NCBI GenBank assembly: GCA_043228905.1
Contig: JBHGNT010000014.1
Location: forward strand, 1,426,001 to 1,490,000
Direction of reading: 5' to 3'
Source of the DNA: Azolla caroliniana
Taxonomy: Eukaryota; Plantae; Polypodiophyta
DNA: 64,000 nucleotides
Shown: positions 1 through 13,100 of the stretch, one piece after another
How the letters are laid out: each line of letters starts with the position of its first letter
Numbering within the stretch: position 1 is the first letter of the stretch
Made by a program: the position numbers and the translations under genes
The notes under the pieces: model-generated
Seen by the model: the letters and a program-made list of their open reading frames with translations, nothing else
What the model was told of the DNA's origin: nothing
The model's database searches: none

Positions 1-453
1 ATGTATTAACAAAGACAAACAACAAGAACACGAAGACAACAAAACACGAAGTCGGTTACAACCAAACAGGCCGGCGAACAGATGCCGATACCTGCTCGTA
101 AACGCACAGAGAGGAAGGAGTAGGTTAGAGGTGCTGCCGGAAGCACTCGGGCATTCCTCAGAGCAGCGCGAGCCTCCCGAAACCTGCACAGAAGGAAGCT
201 ATGGCGTTTGCAAACCAGAGAGAGAGAGAGAAGCCTTCGCACGCAAACCGACAGCACTTCGTCCTCGACTCTCCGCAATCCCCTCCCCCTTCTCGTCTCC
301 CTCCCTTTTATAGGCAAGGAAGGAGTCGTTTCCCCTTTACTTCCTACCCACTAAATCTACCCGCCTAGGATCTTCTATGAACAACATTCGAGAAGAGTCG
401 GTTCCTACGCTCCTGTGCACCGATTCCGCTTGTGGATGGTTTTCTTCACAACA
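1..453 (-). mobile_element. Gypsy family A LTR (5' portion), inserted in reverse orientation into the gag of copy 1; runs off the window
   Basis: Reverse complement of 5377-~5830 at high identity. Begins TGTTGTGAAGAAAACC at 453 on the minus strand. Abuts gag sequence with no PPT. Confidence 0.9.
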
Positions 454-1810
454 GCGGGCGATAAAGGATCTCTAGATCGCCCAGACTCGAAGGGAAGGCG
501 GCAAACCGGCTCGTGACTAACGGCCGGCAGCGGGGAACGGGTGCATGTGGTGCGACGAGGTCGGCCACATCCGGAAGGACTGCGGCAATTTCGCAGAAGC
601 GTTGAGGAACCAGGTGGTGTACCTGTGGGAAGGCCGGGTGCACGCCGGCGACACTAGGAGGGCCCTGAACCGAAACGACGGGCGAGGAGGTATGAAGAGA
701 CTGATGGAAGAGGCAGCGGCCCGACACGTAGAGGCCATCCACTACTCGGCGTCGGCCGGAATTCGGGTCGGGGGCAGCGAGGCCCGAACATAGGGCAAAG
801 ACGGATTCTGGTCGGCAATGCTGGAAGGTCTCGCCGGCGCGCGGCTAAGGAAAGACGAAACGGACCGCGCTGAGAGACGGGTCCGGGAAATAACCGGGTG
901 GAGCGATCCGGTCGAGGAGAAGACGGGCTTCGTAGAAGCCGCCTGCCGGAACTACGAGGCTCTGGTAGAAGACAAACGAGTGGGGAAAGCCGGAGCGGCC
1001 GGGCCCTCGCAACGGTACGAGACCCAATTCGGTCAACGACGGAACGATGCCGGTGGGTCCAGCTCGCAAGATAACCCCAGGAAGGGCGGATACCGACTGG
1101 GGACGGAAATAGAAAGGACTACGGACCTACGAAAGGTCCTAGAAGAACGGATCCTCGACAGCAAAGTGGAGCTGTCATTGCGAGAGGTGTTAGGGATCGC
1201 CAAGGAGTTCCACGACTCCATTGTAGACCTGGTGAAACGGAAGAGGCTGTCGACGGAGACGGAACGGGAAAAACCGGTGGAGGTGCGGACGACGCACATC
1301 GACGACATGGCACTGGAAGATGAGTGGGCGGAGAGCCACTATTCAAGGCCGCACTGGGCCCGAGCGACCACGGAGACCCCGGTGAAGATCGGAGATGTTC
1401 AGGAACCGGTGGTGGCATTGGTGGACCACGGTTCGGAAATAAACCTGATGTCAATGGACTTCTATAAGAAGGGAAAGTGGCCGATCAACACCAAGCACGG
1501 GTGGAAGATACGGGCGGCGACGCGCGCCACCGAGGAGCTGCACGGGGCCTGCCCGAACGTGCGAGTCAAGATCAGCGACATCGAGATTGACCAGCACTTC
1601 TTCGTACAGGAGATGTCCTCGCATCCGGTCATATTAGGGGAACCATACATCACAGCGGCACGAATGGAAACCAGAGTGCTGGACAACGGTTCGGCCTACG
1701 CGAGGGTCAAGAGCCAGGATGGGCACCATTCGGTCCAATTTTTGACGGTGCGACCGAACCACGAGCGAAACCGCGAATCCCTCGGTGGCGAGAACCGGGA
1801 GGATTTTTAG
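454..1810 (+). pseudogene. gag-protease ORF of Gypsy A copy 1 (internal TAG at 791-793)
   Basis: ORFs 545-793 and 818-1810 share one frame; CCHC knuckle and aspartic-protease DxGS motif. Confidence 0.85.
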
Positions 1811-4800
1811 AGAGGGCTGCCAAGGCGTGGGGCCGAGACAATCCGGACACTCGGGAAAGACCCCACGACTGTACGATAGAACCAAAACCGAAGGGACCCT
1901 GTACGATAGGTAGGAAATTTTGCTTCTCCAACAATGGAGGGCGTATGCTAGTCGGCATCGTTGGCCGGGAAAAGGCATGGGCGGAAGTGCAACTTTGATC
2001 ACAAGGAGTTCTCGGCCCGGACGAGGAAATCAGCGGAGCCGTGGAGGCGGTCTCCTTCGACGACACCTTGGGAATGCTGAGGAAAGTAGCCGGAGAAGAC
2101 CTTAACGAAGACCGGACGATACCGGTATGTTCCGAAGAGATGTACGAAGTCATCGCGAACTTCAGTCGGGGGCTCGGGTCGGATCGGACGGCCCGAGTTA
2201 GCACGAAGTACAAGACTGTGGACCGGAAGGTAAGGCCAATCGCGGCACCCTTACCGGAGGGCAGCGAGTCCCGGATCAGAGGGGTTGCGTCGAACCCCAG
2301 TTTAAGAGATCCGGCCTGCATAGGACACACCTTCACCCACGGGTCGCTCCGGGAGCTCAAGATCGGTGGGGGTGGGTTCCTACTGCCGGCGGAGGAAGTT
2401 CGGTTTCGGAGAATGCTCGGAAGGCACGGGAAAGCCTTCGCGTTCTCACCGGAAGAGATCGGGTGCGTAGACCCGACGATCGTGGAGCCGATGGTGATAT
2501 TCACGGTACCGCATGTGCCGTGGAATCTCAAGCCGATTCCGGTACCGAGAGCTCACATCCCGAAGTTGATGGAGCTATTGAGGCAGAAAGTAGATATGGG
2601 CATTCTCGAACCGTCGAGTGCCCCATACTCGAACTGATGGTTTACCGTACCAAAGAAAAACGGAACGATGCGCTTCATTCAAGACCTGTAGCCGGTCAAC
2701 AGAGTGACCATTCGGAACGCAGGAATCGGACCGACCATAGACGAGTTCGCGGAGGCCTTCGCCGGAAGCTCGATTTACTCGGTCGGTGATCTGTACTCGG
2801 GGTACGACAAGTTCCAGCTAGCCGTGGAGAGCAGAGACATTACGACGATGCAAACCCCCCTCGGCCTAATGCGAATGTGTACCCTGCCACAAGGAGGGAC
2901 CAACTCGGTGGCCCACATGGTGAATGCAATGAACAAGGTACTGAGGGATTGCATCCCGGACATCACCATGCCGTTTCTAGACGACATCCCGATCAAGGGG
3001 TGCCCGGTGGAAGAGAAGGATGAGACACTCGGGCCGGACGGATGCCGGCGATTCGTGGCAGCACACATCGACGACTACGAGAAGGTGCTACAAAGGCTAG
3101 AGGATGTGAGGCTCACCTTCTCCGGGGAGAAATCGGCCTTCGGGCCATTAGAAATCCTGGTGGTCGGACACCTATGTGGACCATATGGCCGGAAGCCGTC
3201 TCCGGCAAAGGTAGAAGCCATCTCCGCGATGAAGCCGACTGTAGCTTGGTTACGGAAGTTCGGAGGTTCCTGGGGGCATGCGCATTCTACCACATATGGA
3301 TCCCGCATTACGCCCACGTTGCGGAGCCGCTATACGGGTTGCTGAAGAAAGGGCGAAAATTCGAGTGGCGAGACGAGCACACGGAGTCGGTCCGGAAGCT
3401 GAAGGAAGCTCTTGCGGCAGCACCGGCGCTCCGGAAGGCTGTCTACGGGAAGGGTACCCCGGTATACATAACAGTGGATACGAGTACGACCGGGATCGGA
3501 TGGGTCGTCAACCGAGAGGGCAAGAACGGCATTCGGTTCCCGATTCGATTCGGCGCGAAGGTCCTCAGTGAACGACAGCGAGGGTACACCCAGGTTAAAC
3601 GCGAACTCTGGGGTATCGTTTCGGCAGTAAAGGCCGACAAAGACTACCTGATCGGGACAGAAGTGGTTATCAAGACGGATTGCCTGCCGATTCTCAGCAT
3701 GGTTTCCGGATGCGCGACACCGGACCTGGCGATGCTCCGGTGGATAGCGTACATCAAGTCCCTGGACCCGGAAATACGACACATTTCCGGAAAAGACAAC
3801 GCCATGGCCGACATGCTTTCGAGGGCAAGGTTTGATGACGAGGGCGGCATGGTTTCGGAGGACGAAGAAGTCGGCGTGGACTTCTTCGAGGCAGCGTACG
3901 TAACGACCGACGGGACGAGCACTCCGGCACTTAACGACTTCGACGAGAGCAAGTACGACGGCGAGTGGCTCTAGATCGGTGGATTTTTGAGGACGATGAC
4001 GCCGGATGCATCGTGGACGAAGGACGAGGCCAACCAGATCCGGAAGAAAGCTTACCGATTCTTTCTCCGGGACGGATACTTATGGAAGAACCCGAAGAAG
4101 AGGAACAGCGTCCCGCTCCGGGTGGTGGCGATGAAGGAAGAACAGGAGGAGCTGCTGACGGGCTACCACGACAGCCCTTGGGCCGGACACCGTGGAACGT
4201 GGGCCACGTTCGAGAAGATAAAGGGGAAGTACTGGTGGCCGGGACTGTACCGGGACGTGCATCGGTTCGTGACAACTTGCGAGAGCTGTCAGATGCACTC
4301 CATAGTCCGGAATCGGGACGAGCTTCACCCTACGTACCCTCCGACCATCCACTTCAAATGGATGGTAGATCTGGTGACGATGCTGATGGGCGTAGGACAG
4401 ATACGGTATCTGGTCCTGGCTCGGGAAGATCTGACGAACCAGGTAGAAGGCCGAGCCCTTCAAAACAAAACGACCGCGGCCGTATGTCGGTTCCTGATCG
4501 AGGACATGATATGCCGGTACGGGTGCGTCGGGAAGATCGTGGCTGACCGCGGGGAGTTGGACGCCGAAGAGGCCGAGGAGCTGTTCGACCGGCTAGGAGT
4601 CAAGCTCTCGCTCACCACTGCATACAATCCGGAGGCGGATGGAAAGGTGGAGCGCGGACACGGACCGATCGTGAAGGCGTTAGTTCGGGCATGCAGGGGT
4701 CAAGTCGGGAACTGGCCACGGCTGCTGCCTTACGCGTTGTGGGCCGACCGAACTACGCACAGTTCGATAACCGGATTCATGCCGGCAGAGCTCATGTTTG

Positions 4801-5303
4801 GGCAGAAGCCGATCATGCCGATGGAACGTACGATCTCCTCCTGGGCAACCGTGGACTGGAGAGACGAGATGAGCCGGGAGGAACTGCTGGCGGCGCGTAT
4901 ACAAAAGCTCGAGCGAAGACCGGAGGACGTGGAGCAGGCTGCGGAAAGGCTTCGGGTGGCAAGGACGAGGAACAAAGCCCGGTTCGACCGAACGCACCGG
5001 CTCTGACCGAAGAAGATCGAGGAAGGCGACTGGGTGCTAATCTACGACAGTAGCCTCGACAACCAGCACCGAGCGACACGGAAGTTGGCAAGAAGGTGGT
5101 TCGGGCCTTACGTGGTACAAAGCGCCAACGACAATGGGACGTACCATCTGGCGGAGCTCGACGGCACGAGAATGGCGATACCGGTAGCTGGGAAGCGGAT
5201 CAAAGCGTTCAAGAAGCGTCACGACGACGAGCCGGATCCGGTTGGCCTGGACCGCGACGACGAACGATCCGAAACCGAGGAAGAACCGACGGGCGGGGAA
5301 TGA
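1807..5303 (+). pseudogene. pol (RT-RNaseH-IN) of Gypsy A copy 1, in the -1 frame relative to gag-PR; several stops and a frameshift
   Basis: ORF fragments 2041-2637, 2704-3345, 3042-3974, 3987-5006 and 5034-5303 carry RT, RH, integrase HHCC and catalytic-core motifs. Confidence 0.9.
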
Positions 5304-5376
5304 AGGCTGGACCGGTTTTCTCCGTCCCGACTCAATTTGGCGCATGCCGGTGGATGCGCGGTTAGGTGGGGGTGGA

Positions 5377-6006
5377 TGTCGTGAAGAAAACCGTCCACAA
5401 GCGGGATCGGTGCACAGGAGCGTAGGAACCGGCTCTTCTCCAATGTTGTCCATAGAAGATCCTAGGCGGGTAGATTTAGTGGGTAGGAAGTAAAGGGGAA
5501 ACGGCTCCTTCCTTGCCTATAAAAAGGAGGGAGACGAGAAGGAAGGGGGGATCACGGAGAGTCGAGGACGAAGTGCTGTCGGTTTGCGTGCGAAGGCTTC
5601 TCTCTCTCTCTCTGGTTCGCAAACTCCATAGCTTCCTTCTGTGCAGGTTTCGGGAGGCTCGCGCTGCTCTGAGGAATGCCCGAGAGCTTTCGGCAGCACC
5701 TCCAACCTGCTCCTGTCTTTCTGTGCGTTTACGAATAGGCATCGGCATCTGTTCGCCGGCCTGTTCGGTTGTAACCGACTTCGTGTTTTTGTTGCTTCCG
5801 TGTTCTTGTTGTTGTCTTTGTTAATACATACATACATTCGTGTCTCTCTGTGTCGCTGTCCCACTCGCGTCTTTGTGTAGAAGGGCCGTGTCCCTGTGAA
5901 TCTACGTTCGCACGTAGTGGGTGTCTTGTCCTTTCTCTCTTGCTCTTCGGTACAGGACCCCTGAGGTCCCGCCCCATTCCACGAATCCGCGAGGAAAACC
6001 TCGACA
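5377..6006 (+). repeat. 3' LTR of Gypsy A copy 1
   Basis: TGTCG...CGACA termini, TATAAAA at ~5518, preceded by GGTTAGGTGGGGGTGGA (5360-5376). Confidence 0.9.
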
Positions 6007-7835
6007 CCGTGACGGAGACACCGGAATTGAATGGGTTGGTTGAACGGATGAGCCAGACCATAATGGAGAGAGTCTAAAGCATGCTAGCACGTGCAAAGTT
6101 ATCCAAGACGTTTTGGGCAGAGGCGTTGATGACGGCGATGTACGTGATTAACAAATCACCCTCAACACCCTTGGAAGGAGACACACCACAAAGAGTATGG
6201 ACCGGTAAAGACGTGTCTTACCGGCATGTGAAGGTGTTCGAGTGTCTCGCATATGTGCATGTTGCAAAGGGTTTAGGGTGAGAAAAGTTGGACCCGAAGT
6301 CCCGACCATGCATATTCCTGGGATACGGCGATGATGAGTTTAGTTACCAAGTGTGGGATCTAGTCGACAAGAAGGTGTTCCTGAGTCGGGACATACTCTT
6401 CGTGGAAGACAAGACCATTGCCGACTGGGAGTCAGAGAAGAAGATGATGGACTCCAGATCAACCAACGAAAATCATTTTGAGGACACAAGGACTTACTCA
6501 GTTGAAAACCGAAAGTTAGCCTGTAACCGGATGACACTCGATGAACCGACTGGATTCAGATAAGAAACCAAACCGACCGAAGACGAAGAAGAAGAAGACA
6601 CTAGAACCGGACAAGACCTCGAATTAAATTTGGATGAGGAGAAAACGGAGGAACCAGTAGTCAGAAATCAAGGACGAAGATATCCTCTTATGTTGTAGGA
6701 GTAGTCAGCCGATTCATGAGCAATCCGGGAAGAGAACACTAGAACGTGGTCAAGTGGATACTCCGGTACTTGAAAGGCACCTCGAGTATGTGCCTCCGGT
6801 TCGGCTCAGGTAAACCCCAACTGGAAGGCTTTACGAATTCAGATATGTCGGCTAATGCGGATACTAGCCATCCACATCCGGATACGTCATGACATATGCA
6901 GGGGGAGCCTTATCATGGCAGTCGAGGCTGCAGAAGTCCGTTGCACTGTCAACAACGGAAGCGGAGTACATGGCAACTATGGAAGCCAGCAAGGAAATAA
7001 TCTGGATGAAGGACTTCATCGGAGAGCTAGGGATTCGTCAGGAGGAATACCGGCTCTACTGCGACAGCCAAAGTGACATCTACCTTGCTAAGAATGTGGC
7101 CTACCATTCCCAGACCAAGCACATCCAGAGAAGATATCAGTGGCTCCGGGAGAAGGTAGAAGATCAAGACTTCGCGCGGACGAAGATCCACACGGAGGAG
7201 AATGGGTCGGATATGCTAAACCAGGGTGCTGTCAGTCGACAAACTGGATATGTGCCGGAGACGGATCGGACTAATGAGAAATCCCATGCCGGAGTGAAGG
7301 GGGAGTTTGTTGCCAATTCGGTCCCTCCAAATGGGAGCCAGATCGGAAGAGCCGAAGGAAGGAACCGGACCGGATGCAGCAACCAAACCGGACCGAAAGA
7401 TATCCGGATGGATCCGGTCTGAACCGGATCCAAGGTCATATATTCAAATATGTTTCTGGTGTGCCTGTAAAGGCTATATTTATAAATAGTCTTAAAGTCA
7501 TATAAGTATAAATATGACTTAGGGCAATCACTTTGAAATGTTAGTGTTGTTTTTGTTGTTAGTTGTATCATAGTAGTATAGAGAGCGAGAGAAGGGAAGC
7601 TGCAGGTTGGCGAAGATACAGAGCTCGAGGTCATTGCCTCTGAGTCTCCTATTGTACCTCCTTTCTTGTATAGTGATAGTTGGAGTCTGTGGGCTCCCGT
7701 GGTTTTTCCCTATTAGGGCTTTCCACGTAAACATCTTGTATCGTCTCTTCTGTGTAAGTGTACAAACCTCCATTTCTGTTTTGTTCTTTCATAAAGTGTT
7801 TGAGTCTTGGTTGTGGCCGAACGCTATTCCACACA
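6007..7835 (+). mobile_element. Ty1/Copia element 1, 3' part (integrase, RT mostly deleted, RNase H, PPT, 3' LTR 7308-~7835)
   Basis: TPELNGLVERM and FWAEA (IN); SWQSRLQKSVALSTTEAEY (Copia RH); GTGAAGGGGGAG PPT before TGTTG. Confidence 0.85.
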
Positions 7836-9407
7836 AATACTTGGCAGATAAACTCACCACAAAGATGGAAACCATGGATGGAGCTACTACTTCATCTAGA
7901 GGAGTTACTTGAAGTCATCACCGGAACCTATCAAGCACCAAAAAATGCACAATCAGAAGCATGAAAAGATTGGGAAAACAAAGAAAAAAGGGCAAAGCTT
8001 GAAATACTGCTACATGTAGAAGACAAGCAAGTTGATGCCATTCGAAAACTCACAACTGCAACAAAAATGTTGTCCAAACTAAAACAAATGTTTGAACCAC
8101 AAGATGGAACTACTAGAATCCGTACTCTTGCTACCTTGTTTCACATGTGTGTTTTGCAGGAAGAAGAAGATGTTCTTAACTTCTTGGATACCTAGGAGAT
8201 ATATCTCGAAGAAGCCACCACTACGGGAAATGAAATCTCAGAAGAAATGAAGGTTGGGTTGCTATTGAGTAAACTTCCAGAATCCTGGAACACATTTGTC
8301 ACCATGAATAGCCAAGGTAATTCTTTGTCTGATTTGATTACCAAGATCCGCCATGAAAAACTTCGGCGTCAATTAAAAGAATCCACTCCATCTTTGGCAA
8401 TGATTGTATCCTTTAGCAAAACAAAAAAAACATCTTATAATAATAGATATCTAAGAGCTAAATCAGATGCTTACAGAAGTGCAAAAATATCAAGTACCAA
8501 CAAGGTAAATGATGCTTGGAAAGCTTCAACAAAATAGTCCAATGGTGGTTTCAAACTGATATGCAAATACTATAAGAAAGAAGGGCATGTAGAAAGGGTG
8601 TGTCCATTCAAGCAAGCTATGGAAAACAAAAGACAATCACAAGAAAATAATGCAACATTAGAAGAAAAATCAAACTCGAAGTTAGAAGAATACACAGAAT
8701 TTGGAGGAGATTCAGATGAAATACCAGAAGATGACAATATTTTGCAAACATATCATGTCACTACAGAAGAGACAAAAACCGAACATGATACATGGTACTT
8801 ACACACTGGAGCTACACATCACCTCACATATCGAAAGGACTAGTTAAATTGCTATCAGGTTCTATCCAATCTGCTATCAGTTACTTTTGGAGACAACAGA
8901 CAGAAAACAACAATCGGCAAAGGAAGCATTCAACTCAGATTGTCAGATAATCACGAGATTACAGTACCAAATGTCTATTATGTACCAAGACTAGCTAAGC
9001 ACATGTTATCAGTTGGACAAGCGATTGTAGATGGACTAATAATACAATTCTGTAAAGAGAAAACAATTCTATTTTTCAAAAATGGAAACACAAGTACACA
9101 GTTGGTGTTGTCGAATACAAGTGTATAATGGACGTATTCACACTATCCCTTTGTATAGATCAAGTTTGGGCCATTTGTGTAATTAGCATAAATGGTAGTT
9201 GCCCTAAGTCGGTCACTATATATAGTGACCTTGTAACCTTTTTGTAAGGTTGGTTGTATTATTGTTTCTATTGAATAGGAAGACTCTTTTGTGTGTCTCT
9301 CTCTCTCTCTCTCTCTGTGCACGATCTTAGAAACTGTCATACGTAGGTACTCAACTTGAATCGAATGCTATTTGATCTTCCGCATTGACGGCCTTGTCCC
9401 CAACATC

Positions 9408-9419
9408 TGGTATCAGAGC
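9408..9419 (+). promoter_or_regulatory. Primer-binding site (initiator tRNA-Met) of Copia 3
   Basis: TGGTATCAGAGC 2 nt after the 5' LTR. Confidence 0.95.
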
Positions 9420-10102
9420 CTGCACAGTATTCGGTCCTTCAACCCGCTGTCGGCCGTCGTCTCAGCCTGCACAGCATTCGGTTTCTAGCGTCATTCGAAG
9501 AAGAGAGAAGAAGAAGAAAAACGAGGCTTGCATCTCATCGCGTTAGATCATCTTCGCTTGGAGTAAGCCAGCCGGTTGTACTCTGTTCCTTGTGATCGTA
9601 ACCGCTCGAGGTGAAATCCCCTTGTGCAACATTGACACGATCGTGCTCCACTCGGTTAAACGGCATCCGAAGAGGTCATCAAACGCTGCTCGCAGCTCAT
9701 TGTAACCACTCGGTGCAGATCGGTCTCAAGACAACAACCCAAATTCGTGCTTCATCCGGCTGATCGACATTCGGGAGGATCAGTTGGATCTGTCTCTCTC
9801 GTCGCTGCAGTCACCCGAAGCAGAATCGGTCCAGACAATCGGTTTCAATAATCGGTATTTGGCATATATATTCGGAAGCAAACCGGGCTCACTCCGACTC
9901 GGCAACATTCGGGAAGACCAGTCGGTTCTGTCCCTCAAGTTACCGGAGTCAATTCGAGCAAGTTCAACAATACATATATCCGAAGCCGAACCGACTCGGG
10001 TTCAAATCCGACTAGAACGATATCGGGTGAGCCAACCGGCTGCACTCCAACAAGGTTCGTAGTCAACTCCGAACCGAGCTTCGTCAACCGAAACCAAATT
10101 TG

Positions 10103-13100
10103 ATGGCATCAACATCCGGCTCGTCAGAAATGAGTCTATGAAAGTTCGATGGATCGAACTTCAACTTCTGGAAGGAGCAAATGCAGGACTATCTCATAGT
10201 CAAGGGGCAAATCGATCCCATCGAAAATGAAGAACCTCCAGAAGGATACAAACCAATTGAGTGGCAGAAGCTGGACAGAATCGTCCGCGCCACGATTCGG
10301 ATGCACCTATCGGAATCGGTATACTTTACGGTGCAATCGTGTACGACAGCATTCGAACTGTGGAAAACACTGTCGGACACTTACGAAAAGAAGGTCGCTG
10401 CAACAAAGATGTTTCTGATCCGGCGCCTCTACAACTTGCGGATGAAAGAATCAGATTCGGTTCAAGCACATCTCAATGAGTACGAAAGCATAAGCTCCCA
10501 AATCTCATCTCAGGGGACGGCAATCGAGGATGAACTCAGAGCAATGATACTCATGAGCAGCCTTCCCTCATCATGGGAAACTTTCGTCACAACCGTGTGC
10601 AACGCGTCAACCACGGCTGTTAAATACTCCGAAGTCACGAGCGCAATCCTGACCGAAGCAGCTCGGAGAAAGTCTTTCGCCAAAGACTCAACAGACGACG
10701 CTTATGTAGTACAAGGTTCGACAGAACGATCGAACATACGAGGAAGAGATTCCTCACGGCAGCCGAACAATCAGCGAAGACGGAGCCAGTCACGGGATAA
10801 TCGAATCTGCAACTATTGCAAGAAACCCGGACACATCAAAGCCGACTGCCGCGCACTCAAGAACAAGAACGACAAGTCTCAGAAATCAGATAAGAAGAGT
10901 GGCCGGCATGAGGAGATCAATTACGTCAGCTTCTCAGCTGATGTGCTACCAAACGACCCGAATATACTATCAATCGAAAATCCAGTCGAATCAGAAGTTC
11001 TGCTCACGACTGAAGAATCGAGCACATGGCTCTTAGATTCGGGCGCGTCATTTCACGTGACTCCTCATCGATCCCAATTTCGGCAATATACGATCCGTCA
11101 GTCCGACTCAGTTCGAGTCGGCAACTCGCAACACTGTGACATCATTGGAATCGGCACAGTAGAGCTCAACCTTGCAGGTGGCTCTACACTTGTACTTCAC
11201 AATGTCCGACATGTACCCGAGCTCTCAAGGCCATTGATCTCAGTCGGACAACTAGATGAAGACGGCATTCGTGCCGGTTTTTCTTCGGGAGGGTGGACAC
11301 TCCACAGGGGGAACCTCCTGCTTGCTAGAGGACCCAAGATACACTCACTGTATCCGTTACATGTTACGCTCAGAGAGGGTAACCTGTTTTTGGTGGATAT
11401 TCCTGTGTCATCACTATGGCACAGAAGATTAGGACACCTCAGCAAGGCCGGCATTACGCACCTATCTAGAGCCGGATACATCCCTAAACTCTCCTTCTCG
11501 GACCATCAATTCTGCGAACATTGCCAGTATGGCAAACAAGCAGCCGCATCACACCCGACATCAGCACCAAGAGAAATGAGACCTCTCGATTTAGTCCACT
11601 CGGACGTCTGTGGCCCAATGCCGCATCAGTCTCTCGGCGGTGCCTCTTACTTCGTCAGTTTTATTGACGATTCGACTCGAAAGGTGTGGGCTTATCCAAT
11701 TCGAACCAAAGATCGTGTCTTCTCGATCTTCTCCGATTGGCTCGCTATGGTAGAAAATCAAACTGACCAAAAACTGAAATGCTTTCAGACCGACAATGGG
11801 GGAGAGTTCAAATCAGAAGAATTCGTCAAATTCTGCCGACAACGCGGCATCCGACGTGAATTTACGGCACCACACAGTCCGGAGCAAAACGGGATTGCAG
11901 AACGCATGAATCGGACAATCCAAGAACGGATAGTTTCCATGCTCCAACACTCCGGACTGTCGGATGGCTTCTGGGCAGAGGCTCTACTCACGGCAGTACA
12001 CATAATCAATATGTCGCCAAGCAGACCTCTAGGACTTCAAATTCCTCAAGAACTATGGATCGGCAGTAAGCCGAATTACGACAAGCTGAGGATCTTCGGA
12101 TGCGAGGCATACGCCCTTATTCCGAAAGATGATCGCCGAAAACTTGCACCTCGGTCCAGGAAATGCATTTTCCTTGGATATGGATCAGACGGCGAAATGG
12201 GATACCGACTCTGGGACCCCGAACGCAGACAAATCGTTCGAAGTTCGGACATTGTGTTCAACGAGTCGGCTATGAATCCATCAGTCGAAAAACCGATCGA
12301 AGTCCGAAGGGTAACATTTTCCGATGTGCCGACCCTTCAAGAAGGCCCCGCTCTTAACACACGGTCAGCTTCACGGGTAGCTGAACCTTACACCACCGAC
12401 TCGGACAACTCTGACTCGGCACAGCAGAATAATTCGCTTTCGGACCATCCGACCTCGATACCCGATGCGACCAGTCCAATCATACCTCGACGATCCGAGA
12501 GACTGTCGCAACCTCCGGAGAGGTATTCTCCTAGAATTTTCTTCACCGACGCCGGCGAACCGACGTCTTACGAAGAAGCATCGACATCTGTCGATTCAGC
12601 CACCTGGCATCTGGCGATGGAGTCGGAAATGCACTCCATTCGGGCAAACAAGACCTGGGATCTGGTCGAACTACCTAAGAATCGACGTGCTCTTCCTTGC
12701 AAGTGGGTTTATCGACTAAAAGAGACGTCTGATTCGACCACCCCAAAGTACAAGGCCAGATTAGTTGCGAAGGGCTTCCGACAAGAATATGGCGTCGACT
12801 TCGACGAGATTTTTTCACCAGTGGTGAAAATGACAACCCTTCATTTTCTGCTCGGCGTAGTGGTAGCCGACAACTTGGAGCTGATTCAGCTAGATGTCAA
12901 AACAGCCTTCCTCCATGGTGATCTTGAAGAGGAAATTTATATGGAACAGCCAAAAGGCTTCGTGGCAACTGGCCAAGAACATCTAGTCTGCCGACTCAGG
13001 AAGAGTCTATACGGCCTCAAACAGGCACCGCGACAATGGTACAAGAAGTTCGACGACTTCATCCAATCGATCGGCTTCTCAAAAAGCGATGAGGACCATT

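Larger units (their letters stand above)
454..6006 (+). mobile_element. Ty3/Gypsy LTR retrotransposon family A, copy 1 (decayed, 5' end interrupted)
   Basis: Domain order Gag zinc knuckle (CMWCDEVGHIRKDC), PR (VDHGSEINL), RT (FLDD), RNase H, integrase with GPY motif and no chromodomain. G-rich tract, then an LTR TGTCG...CGACA. Confidence 0.95.

Noticed and set aside
9784-10062. 92-aa upstream ORF in the Copia 3 leader
   Set aside because: Non-ATG start, no recognisable motif and no second copy to test conservation.
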